Shown here one piece after another: positions 49,091-62,713 of a stretch of DNA of 63,637 nucleotides (position 1 is its first letter; every line of letters begins with the position of its first letter). Under the pieces are notes generated by a model that was given only the letters and a program-made list of their open reading frames with translations, made no database searches and was not told the origin of the DNA. The DNA is from Octopus bimaculoides (taxonomy: Eukaryota), in the NCBI RefSeq assembly GCF_001194135.2, contig NC_068990.1, positions 34,013,735-34,077,371 on the forward strand, given 5' to 3'. The translations under genes were made by a program, and so were the position numbers.

Positions 49091-51884
49091 TGTAGAGCAA
49101 ACTTTCTTCACAATGTGTTTGTCAAACTCAGTGCTGAGCTAAAATTTGGAATACCTTTCAAGCTTCATTCATTACGACTACATCATGCTCAATGCCAGAA
49201 CTAGATTTCATAGTAAATTTGCATTTGCATATTGAATTAGATGCTTATCAGGATAAAATTTTATTTTTCTAATATAAATACATAAGCAGAAATTAAAGAA
49301 TTATTAAATCATTTATCAGTGATATGACACCTGCTACAATCATTGTGATATGGTAAACTTAAGTAAAGTGTGTTAGTTTGCTTACTTTAGACTAGATAAT
49401 ATACTATTTAATAATTAATAGTTGAGTGGCTTGTGTTAGGACACTAAATGATCAAACATTTATTTGTTTAGCCAGCAAATATGGAAAACTATAGTCTGTT
49501 CAAACAGGTGGCCATGATTTTAGCTGATAATACATTTATGCTAGAAGATATGATCTTTAAGCAAATATAACCATCACAAATGTAATAAATACATCTAGAA
49601 CAAGCCAACGAAAGAGAATCTAGAAATTTCAACCAGATCTTCTAATAAACTCTGTTGTGAGCTGGTAGACGTAATCTGTTACCAGGCTTAACACAACAAC
49701 CTGACCCTTACATATCTTTAATAGTTCACTCTGTTGTGATCATTCTGTCAAGACACCTGGTCTGAAGGATTGCAATTTTCTCCCTTTCTCTCAACACTCA
49801 CAAAGACCCTAAAATAAGATACACAAGAACTGCTTTTCTTCTTATAGCTAAGTAATTAAAAAATTTAAAAGCAAAAATAAAAGGTGCTTTGATAATATCA
49901 TCTTGTATACACCTGTAAAGGTCATAGGTGTGCTTACTCAAAGCAAACAAGGAACTAAATAACAAACTGAGACATTCATTCCAATTCTAGGTTCAAACTA
50001 TGAAAGACTAACTTAACATTTTGAAATTACAAACCTCAATGAAATAGGTTCCCTGAACATACAGGGAAAATTTCAAACTATAGACTTCACTGTTTATTTT
50101 GTAGAACATTGTAAGTTATTCAGCAGGTGCTTCCTCTGTCACATGTATATTTTGTTTGTTTTTTGTTTTTTTTAATAAAGGAAACCTAAAGCATATTAAT
50201 CATCTAAGATCAATGACAAAAGAAGCGTACACACCTAAGTATAATTAAATTGAATATGAAAGACTGGAGAACCTATAAATATAAAAGCAAAGTGTTATGA
50301 AGAAGTGTTACTATATAATTAATCAAAAGAATAGTCAAATAAATAGAAAGGTGAGTAGAGTTACATATGAAAATAATATTGTCTAGACAATTTATGTGAT
50401 TTTGTGGAAACTTTACCTACAAATATCAGTTTGGTTACTCTCATAACTTGTTACATTCTTACTGTTGTAAACATAATAAATAAAATAAATACATTCCTTT
50501 GTTTTTATTTATGTTTTTTTATTTTTTTTTTATTTTCAATGTTCACTGCGAAAGTTATAATATTGTTAGAAAGAACAGGTTAGCAATAACAAAAATCAGC
50601 ACCATTCTAGTGCAATATGACGGCTAAATTCCAAGCAATATAATGCAATATTGATTATAAGGTCAGAAAGAAGGGGTATGTTTCAGATTTAATATTAGTA
50701 ACTTCATTGTTAGCAGCAACAATTACAACAAAATTGAGGTATCACTCTTGTATGTACTACATCTAGGTTGAACAGGGAAACAAGTAGAATTTTGATGAAT
50801 GTTAAACAGCATGTCACTTCATAACTACCTAAAATGTAATATTCATTTCTATAACTGAACTGAAATTTTGCTGTTTTTTTTCGTTCCTATTCAGAGTTAA
50901 TCATAAATAGATATGCTCATATGAACATAAATATATTTGCAGATATTTATCTCTTTTATAGAAACACACGCACGTGCAAAACCTGAAGTGCTCAACTGAA
51001 ACACACACACGCATGCACACAAACACACATACATTCACATCTGCATATTACAATGTACATACAAGCATTTATACATCCACAGACTGCTATACAAGCACAG
51101 ATACGTATATGAACATTAACAAAAGCGTGTGTGTGTGTGTGTGTGTGCATAGAGAGAGACTTATAATGCATTACACATTTCTTTTGAAGACACATAAAAG
51201 GCAATGCAATTTCCCTCCTGCAATTGGCATCCAAATTATTTTTAGAAATATTGATACTGCAAGAAAGGAAATAAAAGACTACATGCTAAAGAAGTCTGTG
51301 ACTAAAAATAATTTCAAATTGTAAATAAGTATTATTAGAGTCAGCTTGTGGTAAATAAGGGAATCTTAAAGGATCCTTAGTGATGCAGAGAGTATAATTT
51401 GTTCCATTTGCTTCAAAACTTTAACTTAGCTATCTAATTAAGAAAGCAAAAATAAAGAATCAATATATAACAAATATCAATAAATTATGGTAAATGTATA
51501 TTCCACAATGAGTTTATTTATAATTTTCTCTGACTTATTTGCATGATATAAGATGATTAACTTGTTATTGCAGACAACCATTACTCCAAAATAACAAATT
51601 CTGTTATCACATTATCATTAGTTATCCAAAAGTGTTTCAATAAAAATGAACTTTTACATAAGAGACAAAAATAATATGGTGGAGAGGTCTTCAAAAGGGG
51701 GAGCTAATGATTTCTCATTACAGAAGATCCAATATATGAACATAGGTAATTTTCTTACTGAATTATTCATATAAGTACATACATAATTATGGCAATCGAT
51801 AATCTACATAAAAGTACACATATGATGGTTCTGTTAATGAATTCCTTATAGAGGTGCATGCATAATTCCATTAATGAATTGTCA

Positions 51885-51929
51885 TACATATATGTGTATG
51901 CATGTGTGTGTATGCATGTGCATATATAC

Positions 51930-51961
<32 letters not shown>

Positions 51962-52318
51962 GCATGTATGTATGTAGGTATATATGGATGTACAGATGTA
52001 TGTACTATGTATGTATGTAATATATGTATGTACATATGTATGTATGCATGTGATTGTCCGTATACACACACACATATTATTACACATAAATATACACACA
52101 CACACACACACACATATACACAGCTCTCTATATATATATATATCATTTTGCTAAATTAGTGACATATCTAAATTGATGGATATGTTAACGAATTCACTGC
52201 ATCATTATCATATACTGACATCATCATTTCATTTAATGTCCATTTTATTTTTTTGCCATGCTTTCTATCAGGTAAGAAAATGTGCTAAATCATATATGTT
52301 ATTACAATCACAGCAGAG

Positions 52319-52363
<45 letters not shown>

Positions 52364-52538
52364 NNNNNNNNNNNNNNNNNNNNNNNNNNNNNNNNNNNNN
52401 NNNNNNNNNNNNNNNNNNNNNNNNNNNNNNNNNNNNNNNNNNNNNNNNNNNNNNNNNNNNNNNNNNNNNNNNNNNNNNNNNNNNNNNNNNNNNNNNNNNN
52501 NNNNNNNNNNNNNNNNNNNNNNNNNNNNNNNNNNNNNN

Positions 52539-52569
<31 letters not shown>

Positions 52570-52682
52570 ATTTGTGCGTGTGTGTGTCTGTGTATCTCTG
52601 TGTGGGTGTGTATCTCTGTGTGGGTGTGTATTTGTGTGTGTGTGTATCTCTGTATGGGTGTGTATCTCTGTGTGGATGTGTA

Positions 52683-52720
<38 letters not shown>

Positions 52721-52750
52721 TGTATCTCTGTGTGGGTGTGTATGTGCATG
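51885..52750. repeat. Compound TA/TG/CA microsatellites with an 18-bp higher-order unit (gtgtgggtgtgtatctct) after the gap
   Basis: Direct reading. Confidence 0.9.
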
Positions 52751-53175
52751 CATCTCTACACGACTCATACAATTTGGACAGAAGTTTTACAATGACACAA
52801 CCGCTTTTCCCAAAGCCTAATGTGTAGAGATAAATGCATAAAGCTTTTAATTCATTTTAGAAATAGAGATATCTCTATAGCTTACCAAAAGAGCAAAACA
52901 ACACTGGATCACAAAACAGTAAAACTTTATGAACTGTAAATGTCAAATGAAATAACGATTTTATTCCTACTGGTCCTGGCACAAAACCAATTTCATAAAG
53001 GTAGATGGTACAACCATATTTATATTTATTTTCTAAACGTTTGCCTAACAGGATGAAAAGCAACATTGATTCCAATATAATTTGAATTCAGCTCATTGAA
53101 TAGTCACTCTAAACTCATATCCTAAATCTTGTTACCAGCAGCAGCAAAACAGATGTTCTGCATTTTGAAATTCTC

Positions 53176-53240
53176 TCTTTTAACCCTTCAGCATTCAGAT
53201 TACTCTGTCAAAGGTAATGCTTGTTTATTCACATTTTTCA
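53176..53240. mobile_element. piggyBac-type MITE end fragment
   Basis: TTAACCCTTCAGCATTCAGATTACTCTGTCAAA is the reverse complement of the 35922 end. Confidence 0.7.
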
Positions 53241-53284
53241 ACTAGCAATAACCACACCTTGGATAAACCTCACTGGCTGTTTAC

Positions 53285-53527
53285 TCTTTTTTTACTCTTT
53301 TACTTGCTTCAGTCATTTGATTGCTACTATGCTGGAGCACTGCCTGTAGTCAAGCAAATCGACCCCAGGACTTATTCTTTGTAAGCCTAGTACTTATTCT
53401 ATCAGTCTCTTTTGCTGAACCACTAAGTTATGGAGGACGTAAACACCCCAGTATTGGCTGTCAAGCAATGTTGGGGGGACAAACACAGACACACAAACAC
53501 ACACACACACACATATATATATATATG
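53285..53527 (-). mobile_element. SINE family A, 3' half
   Basis: Reverse complement of the tail up to the internal (CA)n(TA)n. Confidence 0.88.
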
Positions 53528-53537
53528 NNNNNNNNNN

Positions 53538-54400
53538 TAACGTCTGCTTTCCATGCTGGCATAGGCTGGACGGTTTGATTGAGGACTGGCAAGCCAGATG
53601 ACTGCACCAGGCTCTAATATGATCAGAGTTTCTTCAGCTGGATGCCCTTCCTAATGCCAACCACTCTGAGAGTGTAGTGGGTGCTTTTATGTGCTACCTG
53701 CACAGGAGCCAGTCCAGTGGCACTGGCAACGACCTCGTTCAAATATGTTTTCACATGCCACCAGCACAAGTGCCAGTAAGGTGATGCTGGTAACAATCAC
53801 GCCCAAATGGTGCTTTTTACGGGCCACCGGTACGGAAGCCAGACAGCTGTTCTGGCAATGATCACTCTCAGATGGTGCTCTTAGTGCTCCACTAGCACAG
53901 ATGCCAGTCACTGAATTTGATTTCGATTTCAATTTCACTTGCCTCAACAGGTCTTCACAAGCAGAGTTTAGTGTCCAATGAAGGAAAGGTATGCATAAGT
54001 GGGCTGGTTATACCACTGGCATAGGCCCCAGGTTATAGTCTCACTTGGCTTGCCAGGTCTTATCAAGCACAACATATTTCCAAAGGTCTTGGTCACTAGT
54101 CATTGCTTCGGTGAGGCCTAATGTTTGGAGGTCATGCTTCACCTCCTCATCCCAGGGCTTCCTCTTCCACAGGTTCCCTCAACCGCTAGGGTGTGACACT
54201 TTTTCACACAGCTATCCTCATCCTTTCTCACTATATATGACCGTACCAGCGCAGTCGTCTCTCTTGCACACCACATCTGATGCTTCTTAGGTCCAACTTT
54301 TCTCTCAAGCCACTTACACTCTGTTACGTATGCACACTGACATTACACATCCAGCGGAGCATACTGGCTTAATTTCTTGCGAGCTTATGCATGTCCTCAG
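53538..54400 (-). mobile_element. RTE LINE 3' end: ORF2 C-terminus plus about 500-bp UTR with subrepeats
   Basis: Minus strand carries decayed RT C-terminal motifs (atgctccgctggatgtgtaatgtc, gagagacgactgcgctggtacggtc), linked directly to the common tail. Confidence 0.92.
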
Positions 54401-55074
54401 CAATAGATTTGATAACTATATTACAAGAATTAAATGCATCTAATTAAAAATAAACAACAGCTTTCACAATTCTTCATGCTGCCTATAAAAAAAATAGTTG
54501 TCTCAACTGTAATCGCCTCTGATAAATGTCATATTACACTATCGTACAATTAGCATGAAAATTAAACAATAGGTCACAGCTATTAATTACATATTTAACC
54601 TAGAAGGAATTTTACCAATCTTTAATGAGCATCAAGCCAAAAGACTCTTGGTCTTTTGATGAAATAGAACCAACAACATCTATGAGAAAAAAATCCTTAA
54701 AGATTAACATCTCTGACAAAGAAAACAATGGAATCTACTTTACAGAACCAATGACTTTACAGAACCAATGTTTATGCTTCATAATTCTTAATGTATTGTT
54801 TCCCTGAAGACAGGTCTTTTTTTTTTTTTTTTTTTTTTTTTTGTAGATTTCATAGAAATATCCAGGTTAAAGACCATTTTAATATATAACTATTGCTTGT
54901 ATGCCTAAAGAAAACTGATCAATGACTAACGAACTTTAAAAATTCAATCACAAATATTATCGCTGTAAAGTGCAAAAGTAACTGGTGTGTTGACCTATCA
55001 TCAAATGTTTTGTAAAGACATTTTAATATCTAGCAAAAAGAAAAGTTTTGTTCTATGTTTGAGAGTCATTATGC

Positions 55075-55335
55075 CAATAATAACACATGCATAGTTTCAA
55101 TTCCACTTCTTTATTATTAGTTAATTGGTTAGATATGTCATCAGCTAACTAACTGATAATGAATAATTGATTAGTTAGTTGATGAGATAACTAACCAATT
55201 GACTTATAATAAAGAGGAATTGCACCTGTGCATGTGTTGTTATTGGTGTAATGACTATCCCAACAAACAGTAAAATTTGTTTCAACACAAGATTACACAT
55301 CAGGAATCTTACAAACCAAATACACAAACAAAACA
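55075..55335. mobile_element. Foldback MITE, same family as 23523, opposite orientation, shorter core
   Basis: taacacatgcatagtttcaattccacttctttatt ... aataaagaggaattgcacctgtgcatgtgtt. The outer flank matches 23540-23610 in reverse. Confidence 0.75.
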
Positions 55336-56746
55336 AAAAGAAAAGATATAGGTGGAAATATATGCAAATTATTCACAGGGTGCAGAAGTGGCTGTGTGGT
55401 AAGTGTTTTCTTTGCACTTCTAGGAGTCACGGTACCAACGTTGTGAATTATTGAACACGTGAAGCACAACTACAAGGTAAGACATTTGTTTTTGGGGATT
55501 CAGTGGGGGTTTGTCGCTCGTGTATGTTTATTTTGTCGAACAAGAAATTTCCACTGAGTTCCTGGCAAATTGTCTGCCTGTAGTTGTGTTTAAAGTCTCA
55601 CTTAGCAGTGAGAAGTGTGTTTTGGGGGCATATCCCTCCTCCTATAATTGTACTTATGTAACTACTGCTTGCATGCCTGAAGGAAACTGAACTGTAACTA
55701 AAAATCAACATCCGCTCATTACCCTTATAGTGTTTCCCAAACCAAATCACACAGTTAACGGTTTCACAGGAAATCTTACTTCCCCAGAATTACACTCCTC
55801 AAGAACAGACCCCAGGTCCAAATTTTATCTACAAGCAGAAGCAAACACTGAGTATCATCTTCCTCAATGTCATTAATCTGGAAGGGTTTGTAAAGTTCGT
55901 CAATGCCTCTAATTCTTCCATAGTAAACAAAAATTACTTCTAATCGTTCCTCCATCCTCAGCAATAAACATAAGTCATTACTGCTACTACTACTACTACT
56001 CCCTCCCCCTGCCACAGTGAACAAAAGTCATCTATGTTATTGCTACTCCTCCTCCTCCCTCTGTACTAAACAAAATAATGAAGAATATATCAAGAGTGGT
56101 CATTTAATCATTTTAGAAAATGCATCATAATGCCAGTTTCAATTCATTGCTTTACCAGCAATGTATTTTTGAGATTGGTATAACATCTCCTGCTGGCCTT
56201 TAGTCTTTTTTTCCAAATTACATTTGATACAAATTTAGGGGAAAACTAAATAGATTCAGGAATGATAACCACAAACATTTCGATGATAGTAAACAACAAC
56301 AACAACAAACAAAAGAAGAAAAAGTATATAAAAAAAAAACACAGGCAAATATACACATAGATTTCTACATGGCAATAATCCGTTGTCACTACTGCACAAC
56401 AGTATAAATATAGAAAAGATAAGTACCAATGTTTTATCTATTTATTTCTAGATTCGTTCCCTAATAACCTGTCACAATCTAATCTATCCTCATTTTAACT
56501 GAAATTGGAAACTCTTAAACTTATACTCTTGTCAAAAAGTCTTCCACTTCCAAAGCCTTGCTTTCTACATTACAACTGCAGAAACTCACACCTATCATTT
56601 AATCCCCATGCTACCTAATATGTACCTCACCACCTTTATATATATATGTCCAGTTATCTGTTTCATAGTCTCCTCTTCTTTTGTTTTTCTCCATATAGCA
56701 GTTTTATCTCCTGTATCCCATTTATCTTATATTATTCTTGGATTAC

Positions 56747-56749
<3 letters not shown>

Positions 56750-56799
<50 letters not shown>

Positions 56800-57020
56800 N
56801 NNNNNNNNNNNNNNNNNNNNNNNNNNNNNNNNNNNNNNNNNNATATATATAACACATATATATATATATAACACATTCAAGCATATACACACGGCTTACA
56901 TAATTTATTTCATCTTTACAAACACACACACACACATATATATAAGAAAAGTAGGGATGAAAACATCGAATATTTCACTGGATCCACTATTAAACACACA
57001 CACACACATACATATATATA
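56750..57020. repeat. (TA)n/(CA)n microsatellites
   Basis: Direct reading. Confidence 0.9.
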
Positions 57021-57341
57021 TACACATACACACACACTTGTTCACTTTTCCTTACTTTTTTCCATGTACATCTCATGTATGTTCTATTTACACATATTTT
57101 TATATATATTTATATATAATGATATTTAAAAAAAATATTCATATATATTTTGTATGTCGATATGTATTAATATATTATATATTTTAAATTGAATTTATGA
57201 CTATGTATGCATATATTTAAAAAAAAGTTGATTGTCTAATGTGAGCTGTTATTTTAATTCTTATCCTTTGTCTTGAGTTCGACCTGAACATTTCTAAGCA
57301 ATTCTATATATTTCATTAGAAAAAATTATATTATATTATAT

Positions 57342-57372
<31 letters not shown>

Positions 57373-57373
<1 letters not shown>

Positions 57374-57650
57374 CATCATCATCATCATCATCGTTTAACG
57401 TCCGCTTTCCATGCTAGCATGGGTTGGACGATTTGACTGAGGACTAGTGAAACCGGATGGCAACACCAGGCTCCAATCTAATTTGGCAGAGTTTCTCCAG
57501 CTGGATGCCCTTCCTAACGCCAACCACTCAGAGAGTGTAGTGGGTGCTTTTACGTGTCACCCGCACGAAAACGGCCACGCTCGAAATGGTGTCTTTTATG
57601 TGCCACCCGCACAAGCCAGTCTAGGGGCACTGGCAACGATCTCACTCGAT
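57373..57650 (-). mobile_element. Young RTE 3' UTR retrocopy inserted at (TA)n
   Basis: Near-identical to 30645-30920 apart from loss of one subrepeat segment. Confidence 0.92.
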
Positions 57651-57904
57651 ATAAATGGAACAAAGGTGCAACAGAGGGCATTAAAACGTTCGGACAGGTA
57701 GACGATACAAAGGCAGACAAGAGAAACAACAATGAGAAGAACAGGCAAAAAGAAGACAGTTCATTCTTGGCTTTCTTTCATCAGTCAAGTCCTAGAAGTC
57801 ATGACCATTTCGGGCAGTTACACTTGAGGTGGTTCGATTTGGTTGCCCCCCAAATAGTCTAAGCTAAGAGCATTAGACCCCTTTGTAAGAAAGCTAGTAA
57901 ATGT

Positions 57905-58012
57905 GTATGGGTATAGTAGAAGACACTTGCCCAAGGTGCCAAGTAGTGGGACTGAACCAGGAACCATGTGGGTTGGTAAGCAAGCTTCTTACCACACAGC
58001 CACTCTTGTGCC
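57905..58012 (-). mobile_element. SINE family A head fragment
   Basis: atagtagaagacacttgcccaagg...gggactgaacc...accacacagcca. Confidence 0.88.
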
Positions 58013-58204
58013 TATGTGGAAATCTTTACTTAATAACATATGCTTCACATGCTCAGCTATTCTAGAAACAGCTGTAAAAGACTTTACACATTACTTCCAT
58101 AATCTTGTATTTACAATAACTATTCTGCACTATGTCTGAATTATAAATTAAATGCTATAAAGTGATACTACATTTTTTTTTGCTCGTTCATTCTCTCTTT
58201 CTAA

Positions 58205-58240
58205 TATATATTTGTATACATACATACATACACACACATG

Positions 58241-58310
<70 letters not shown>

Positions 58311-58480
58311 AACACACACACATATACATGCATATACATGCACATAGACATATGTGAATATATATATACACACATATACATGGATATACATACACACACA
58401 TGTTCACATACACACATATATAAATATACACACACACACACACACACACATATAAATACATATTTATATACATATGTGTA
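58205..58480. repeat. Compound (TA)n/(CA)n microsatellite
   Basis: Direct reading. Confidence 0.95.
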
Positions 58481-59079
58481 TCTGTTTGCCTTACTCTCTC
58501 GTGTTTACTACTTATCAAAGCTTCATTTATTCTCTCTAATACTCATATTTTTCTAAGATATGTAAGCACTCATTTCTCATTTTCTCTTCACAGTTTTTCT
58601 TTCCAATTACATTCTCTCTTATTCAGATTTAATTTATTTTCCACTTATTGCTAATCATTCTGTTTAGTTTTATCAATTTTAATCATTCTTTTGAAATCTA
58701 TAGAAAACTTTTCTTTTTTTTTATTTTCTCAAAATCTTTACATAAAGCAACCAAAATGTACACAAATAGGCAGTCATTTGAAGAGAACTTCAGAATATTT
58801 CACCGTGGATGCAAATGTTTGGTTGGTTTGAAATACTCAACAAAAAAAAATTCTAAATTTTGTTTCTGCTTCATTTCGCATTTCATGCTTTCCAGCAGGT
58901 CTGGTTGTCTACTTGAAAAAAGAATGAAGTAGACTGATCAATTAGTTAAATCTGTTTTAACCTCACCAGCTCATGTCTTTTAGCCTGTATAATAATATAT
59001 TTCCCTTTATTTCTAGGTCATAATAGTACAACATTGGATATGGACTCTAACTCAATCTTTAATAAATGAAATTCTACAT

Positions 59080-59830
59080 ACAGGTTGTTCAGGTTAAATT
59101 TGAAGATTTTTTACGTCTCTTTTCTTCAGGAACAGCTTGATGTATTGGTGAACAGTCAGCACGGTCAGTGGTGTTGGAGAACATAAAGATTAAAGTTGCA
59201 GTCGAAAAAAAATATAGCAGACATGAAGGACTGGAACCCATCTGAATACTGGGAAAGTATTGCCTGCATCATGATGATTCATGGTATGTATTAAAATGCT
59301 GGCCTCATGATTGCTGCTCAATGTTCTGTGAACACTGTAAAGGCTGTAAAATTTGACAAATGCAGCAGCTATGGAGACTATGAAGTCAAGGCTAGCAGAA
59401 GGGGACACAGTAGGCATTCTTACTTTGCCAGAATTCATCCCCGTGTCTTTGAACTGGACCTTGGGCTCAAATCAATTGGTTATGTGAAGCTGCTTAAGAC
59501 TGGAAAGGTTTGCTACTGGAAGCCATATATGTGGTAACAAGATTCAGCTCCTTGTCATACCTCCAGAAAGAGTCAGATGTGGTTGTTGGGGAATTTCTAT
59601 AACTTCACCAGCCCCAATTTCTGGTTTCCTAATATCTCTGATTGTAAACCCATGAATTACTATGTGTGGGGTATGTTTGAGAAAGACACCAACTGCTCTG
59701 CCTACAGGCTGGTGGCCAAGACCAAAGAGCTGTTTGAGGATCTTCCCAGGGACACAGTGAGAAATGCATATGCTAAGTTCTAGAGTCATCTTGAGGCTGT
59801 GGTGGAAGCTGAGGGCATCTACTTTGAGTA
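59080..59830 (+). mobile_element. Internally deleted DD37D (maT-type) Tc1/mariner relic
   Basis: AAQCSVNTVK N-terminal part, then QDSAPCHTSRKSQMWL...WFPNISDCKPMNYYVWG with 37 residues between D and the decayed third D (now N), ending HLEAVVEAEGIYFE*. Starts TA-caggttgttc. Confidence 0.85.
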
Positions 59831-59844
59831 AAGAGTAACTGACC

Positions 59845-60358
59845 ATTGGTTAACATTTTTTGGTTGATGAATCAATAAATGGTACTGTGACTAAATAGGC
59901 CTGAATGAACAATAATAATGGAAATATTGCAACAACTCATGAGAATGGTGATAATAGGTCACTTACCTTCTCTAAATGGTTTTAGTCAAACTACTTATTC
60001 TTTACACTTTTATATATCAAAGGCCAATTTTATTAGTAACATGCTGTCCATGCAGTAAAGTGGTCAGCATTAAGAGAATTCATTCATAAAGACCATGTCA
60101 AAGCAGACATTGAAGCTTGATACAATTCTTGGATACACCCTGGATCCAGTCAAACTATCCAAACCATACCAGCTTGGAACATGGACATTTAATAATTATA
60201 ATAACACTTAGGAATTTAACATTTTTCTACAAGGAACATCATTTGCTATTATTGCCATTCTCATGAGTTGTTGCAATATTTCCATTATTATTGTTCATTC
60301 AGGCCTATTTAGTCACAGTACCATTTATTGATTCATTAACCAAAAAATGTTAACCAAT
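59845..60358. repeat. 113-bp inverted repeat (3 mismatches) with a 288-nt spacer
   Basis: 59845-59957 equals the reverse complement of 60246-60358 except at 3 transitions. Confidence 0.95.
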
Positions 60359-61409
60359 AGTCACTCCTTATCAAATCCTTCATACTGTACATACATCTTG
60401 TAAGTTTCTGTAATAAAAAGTTTGTGAGAAATCTTTTTTAGTTAATGATATAATATCCATCTTCCACAGTGACATCAACTTAGCATCCTTGGAACACAGT
60501 ATTTCTGTTAATGTCATTTACAAGGTACACTGTTCCTTATTCAAACATAACTATTTTACTCCCAGTCTTCTTTAGCACACATATAGCAATGACAATGATA
60601 ACATCTACCCAGTATCATCTATTAAGATTTAACAATACCACAGAAATTATCTTCCTTGTATATGGCAAAAATTGATATTCAGCCACTTCTTCAAATCAAT
60701 AGCATAAAATATTTCTTGCAAGTTTGAATTATACATACATTATTTCCTGTCAATCACCACTACCTAATTACACAGGCTTGTAAGTATGTTTTCATATTAA
60801 AGGCAGTCAAATGAGATATTTAATGACCCTTACTTCATTTGCACTTCTCTGATTGGTTACATTTGCTGCCGTTGTTTCACTAACACTAATGAATCTTTTC
60901 TCTACCTATTTACACCTGCCTCATGCTGTCTGGTTAAGAGGCAGTAATTCCCTAATATTCCCTTTTAACATTAGCAATTATGATATTACTTGCTGCTGTT
61001 GCATCACTATGTGACCTACATAGTAGAACATCTATGCTACTTCTAGTGAAACATAAATAGCATACACACTTTATTGCAGTATTGAGCATTTATTTACTAA
61101 AGCGGAGAAAATGTAACTCAAGCTGGGAGTGTGAACCACTCAAACATCTTACTAGAAAGTATTTTTGTGTATATTTTTGTGTACACATTGTTTATATTCA
61201 TTACATTGCATGGTGAGCAAAGTTAGTCTCCAGTTGATGTTGGAGTTGGGAAGCCTCTGCAGCCAAACAGCAGCTGATGTATGGCCAGTAATCAGGTATA
61301 TGATTATTTAAATAGTAATAAAACAAAATTAGTTTCATCGAATGTAAATTTTTAGAATTCTATTAGCTGACTGTTGAAGAGGTTGCAAGATGCAATGAAA
61401 ATTTTAGTG

Positions 61410-61552
61410 AAAGTGGTGAGAAGCCTGCTTCGCAACCACATGGTTCTGGGTTCAGTCCCACTGTGTGGTACCTTGGGCAAGTGTCTTCTACTATAACCTC
61501 GGGCTGACTAGAGCCTTGTGAGTGGATTTGTTGACAGAAACTGAAAGAAGCC

Positions 61553-61591
<39 letters not shown>

Positions 61592-61960
61592 AAATTAAGA
61601 GGAATGACCACTAAATGACCACTGGTTTTAATTGGTTAATATCAATTTCTACCTGCATTATTTAATTTTATATATATATATCATCATCATTGTTTAACGT
61701 CCGCTTTCATATATATGTATGTGTGTGTGTGTGTATGTATGCATATATTTGCATGTGTGTGTGTGTCTATGTTTGTCTCCCCTTCATCGCTTGGTAACCG
61801 ATGACGGTGTGTTTACATTCCCATAACTTAGCAATTCAGCATAAGAGGCCGACAGAATAAGTACTAGGCTTATAAAGAATAAGTCCTGGGGGTCAATGTT
61901 TTTGACTAAAGGCAGTGCCCCAGCTTGGCCACAGTCAAATGACTGAAACAAATAAAAGAA
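61410..61960 (+). mobile_element. SINE family A with secondary insertions in its internal (TA)n
   Basis: Head at about 61410, about 100-bp insert at 61590-61675, 30-nt RTE tail at 61681-61708, tail to 61960. Confidence 0.88.
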
Positions 61961-62234
61961 TAATAGAAAAGTGAGTGGAAATTGAACCAGTGAGTGTGTT
62001 AAGTAATAAGACACTAAAAGAGAATGACCCTCCCCAGACTCAATAAAATATCAGTATATTATTATTTGCATAATCTGTAAGGCAACAAAACTACAGAGCT
62101 GCAAACACACTTGGACAAAACAATTGAAGGGGAAGAAAAGAATACTGTGAGCCTGTAATTAGGCCATTAAACTCCTTTTGTTTTATATTTCCAACAACAC
62201 TGTACATCATGAATGCATGTAATACAATTAAAGA

Positions 62235-62380
62235 AATCTACCAAATCCACTCGCATGGCTTTGGTCAGCCCGAACCCATAGTAGAAGACACTTGCCCAAA
62301 GTGCCATGCAGTGGAACTGAATCCAGAACTATGTGGTTGGTAAGCAAGCTACTTACTACACAGCCACCCCTGCACCTATA
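62235..62380 (-). mobile_element. SINE family A, 5' half, inverted relative to 61410
   Basis: ctaccaaatccactc...gtagaagacacttgcccaaagtgcc...cagccacccctgcacct. Confidence 0.88.
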
Positions 62381-62410
62381 TATATGTGTGTGTATATATA
62401 TGTATATATA

Positions 62411-62452
<42 letters not shown>

Positions 62453-62672
62453 TAATANNNNNNNNNNNNNNNNNNNNNNNNNNNNNNNNNNNNNNNNNNN
62501 NNNNNNNNNNNNNNNNNNNNNNNNNNNNNNNNNNNNNNNNNNNNNNNNNNNNNNNNNNNNNNNNNNNNNNNNNNNNNNNNNNNNNNNNNNNNNNNNNNNN
62601 NNNNNNNNNNNNNNNNNNNNNNNNNNNNNNNNNNNNNNNNNNNNNNNNNNNNNNNNNNNNNNNNNNNNNNNN

Positions 62673-62713
<41 letters not shown>

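Noticed and set aside
58895-59060. Two strong plus acceptors leading to short terminal peptides (GLVVYLKKE*, GHNSTTLDMDSNSIFNK*)
   Set aside because: No linked upstream exons or homology; cannot be separated from background.
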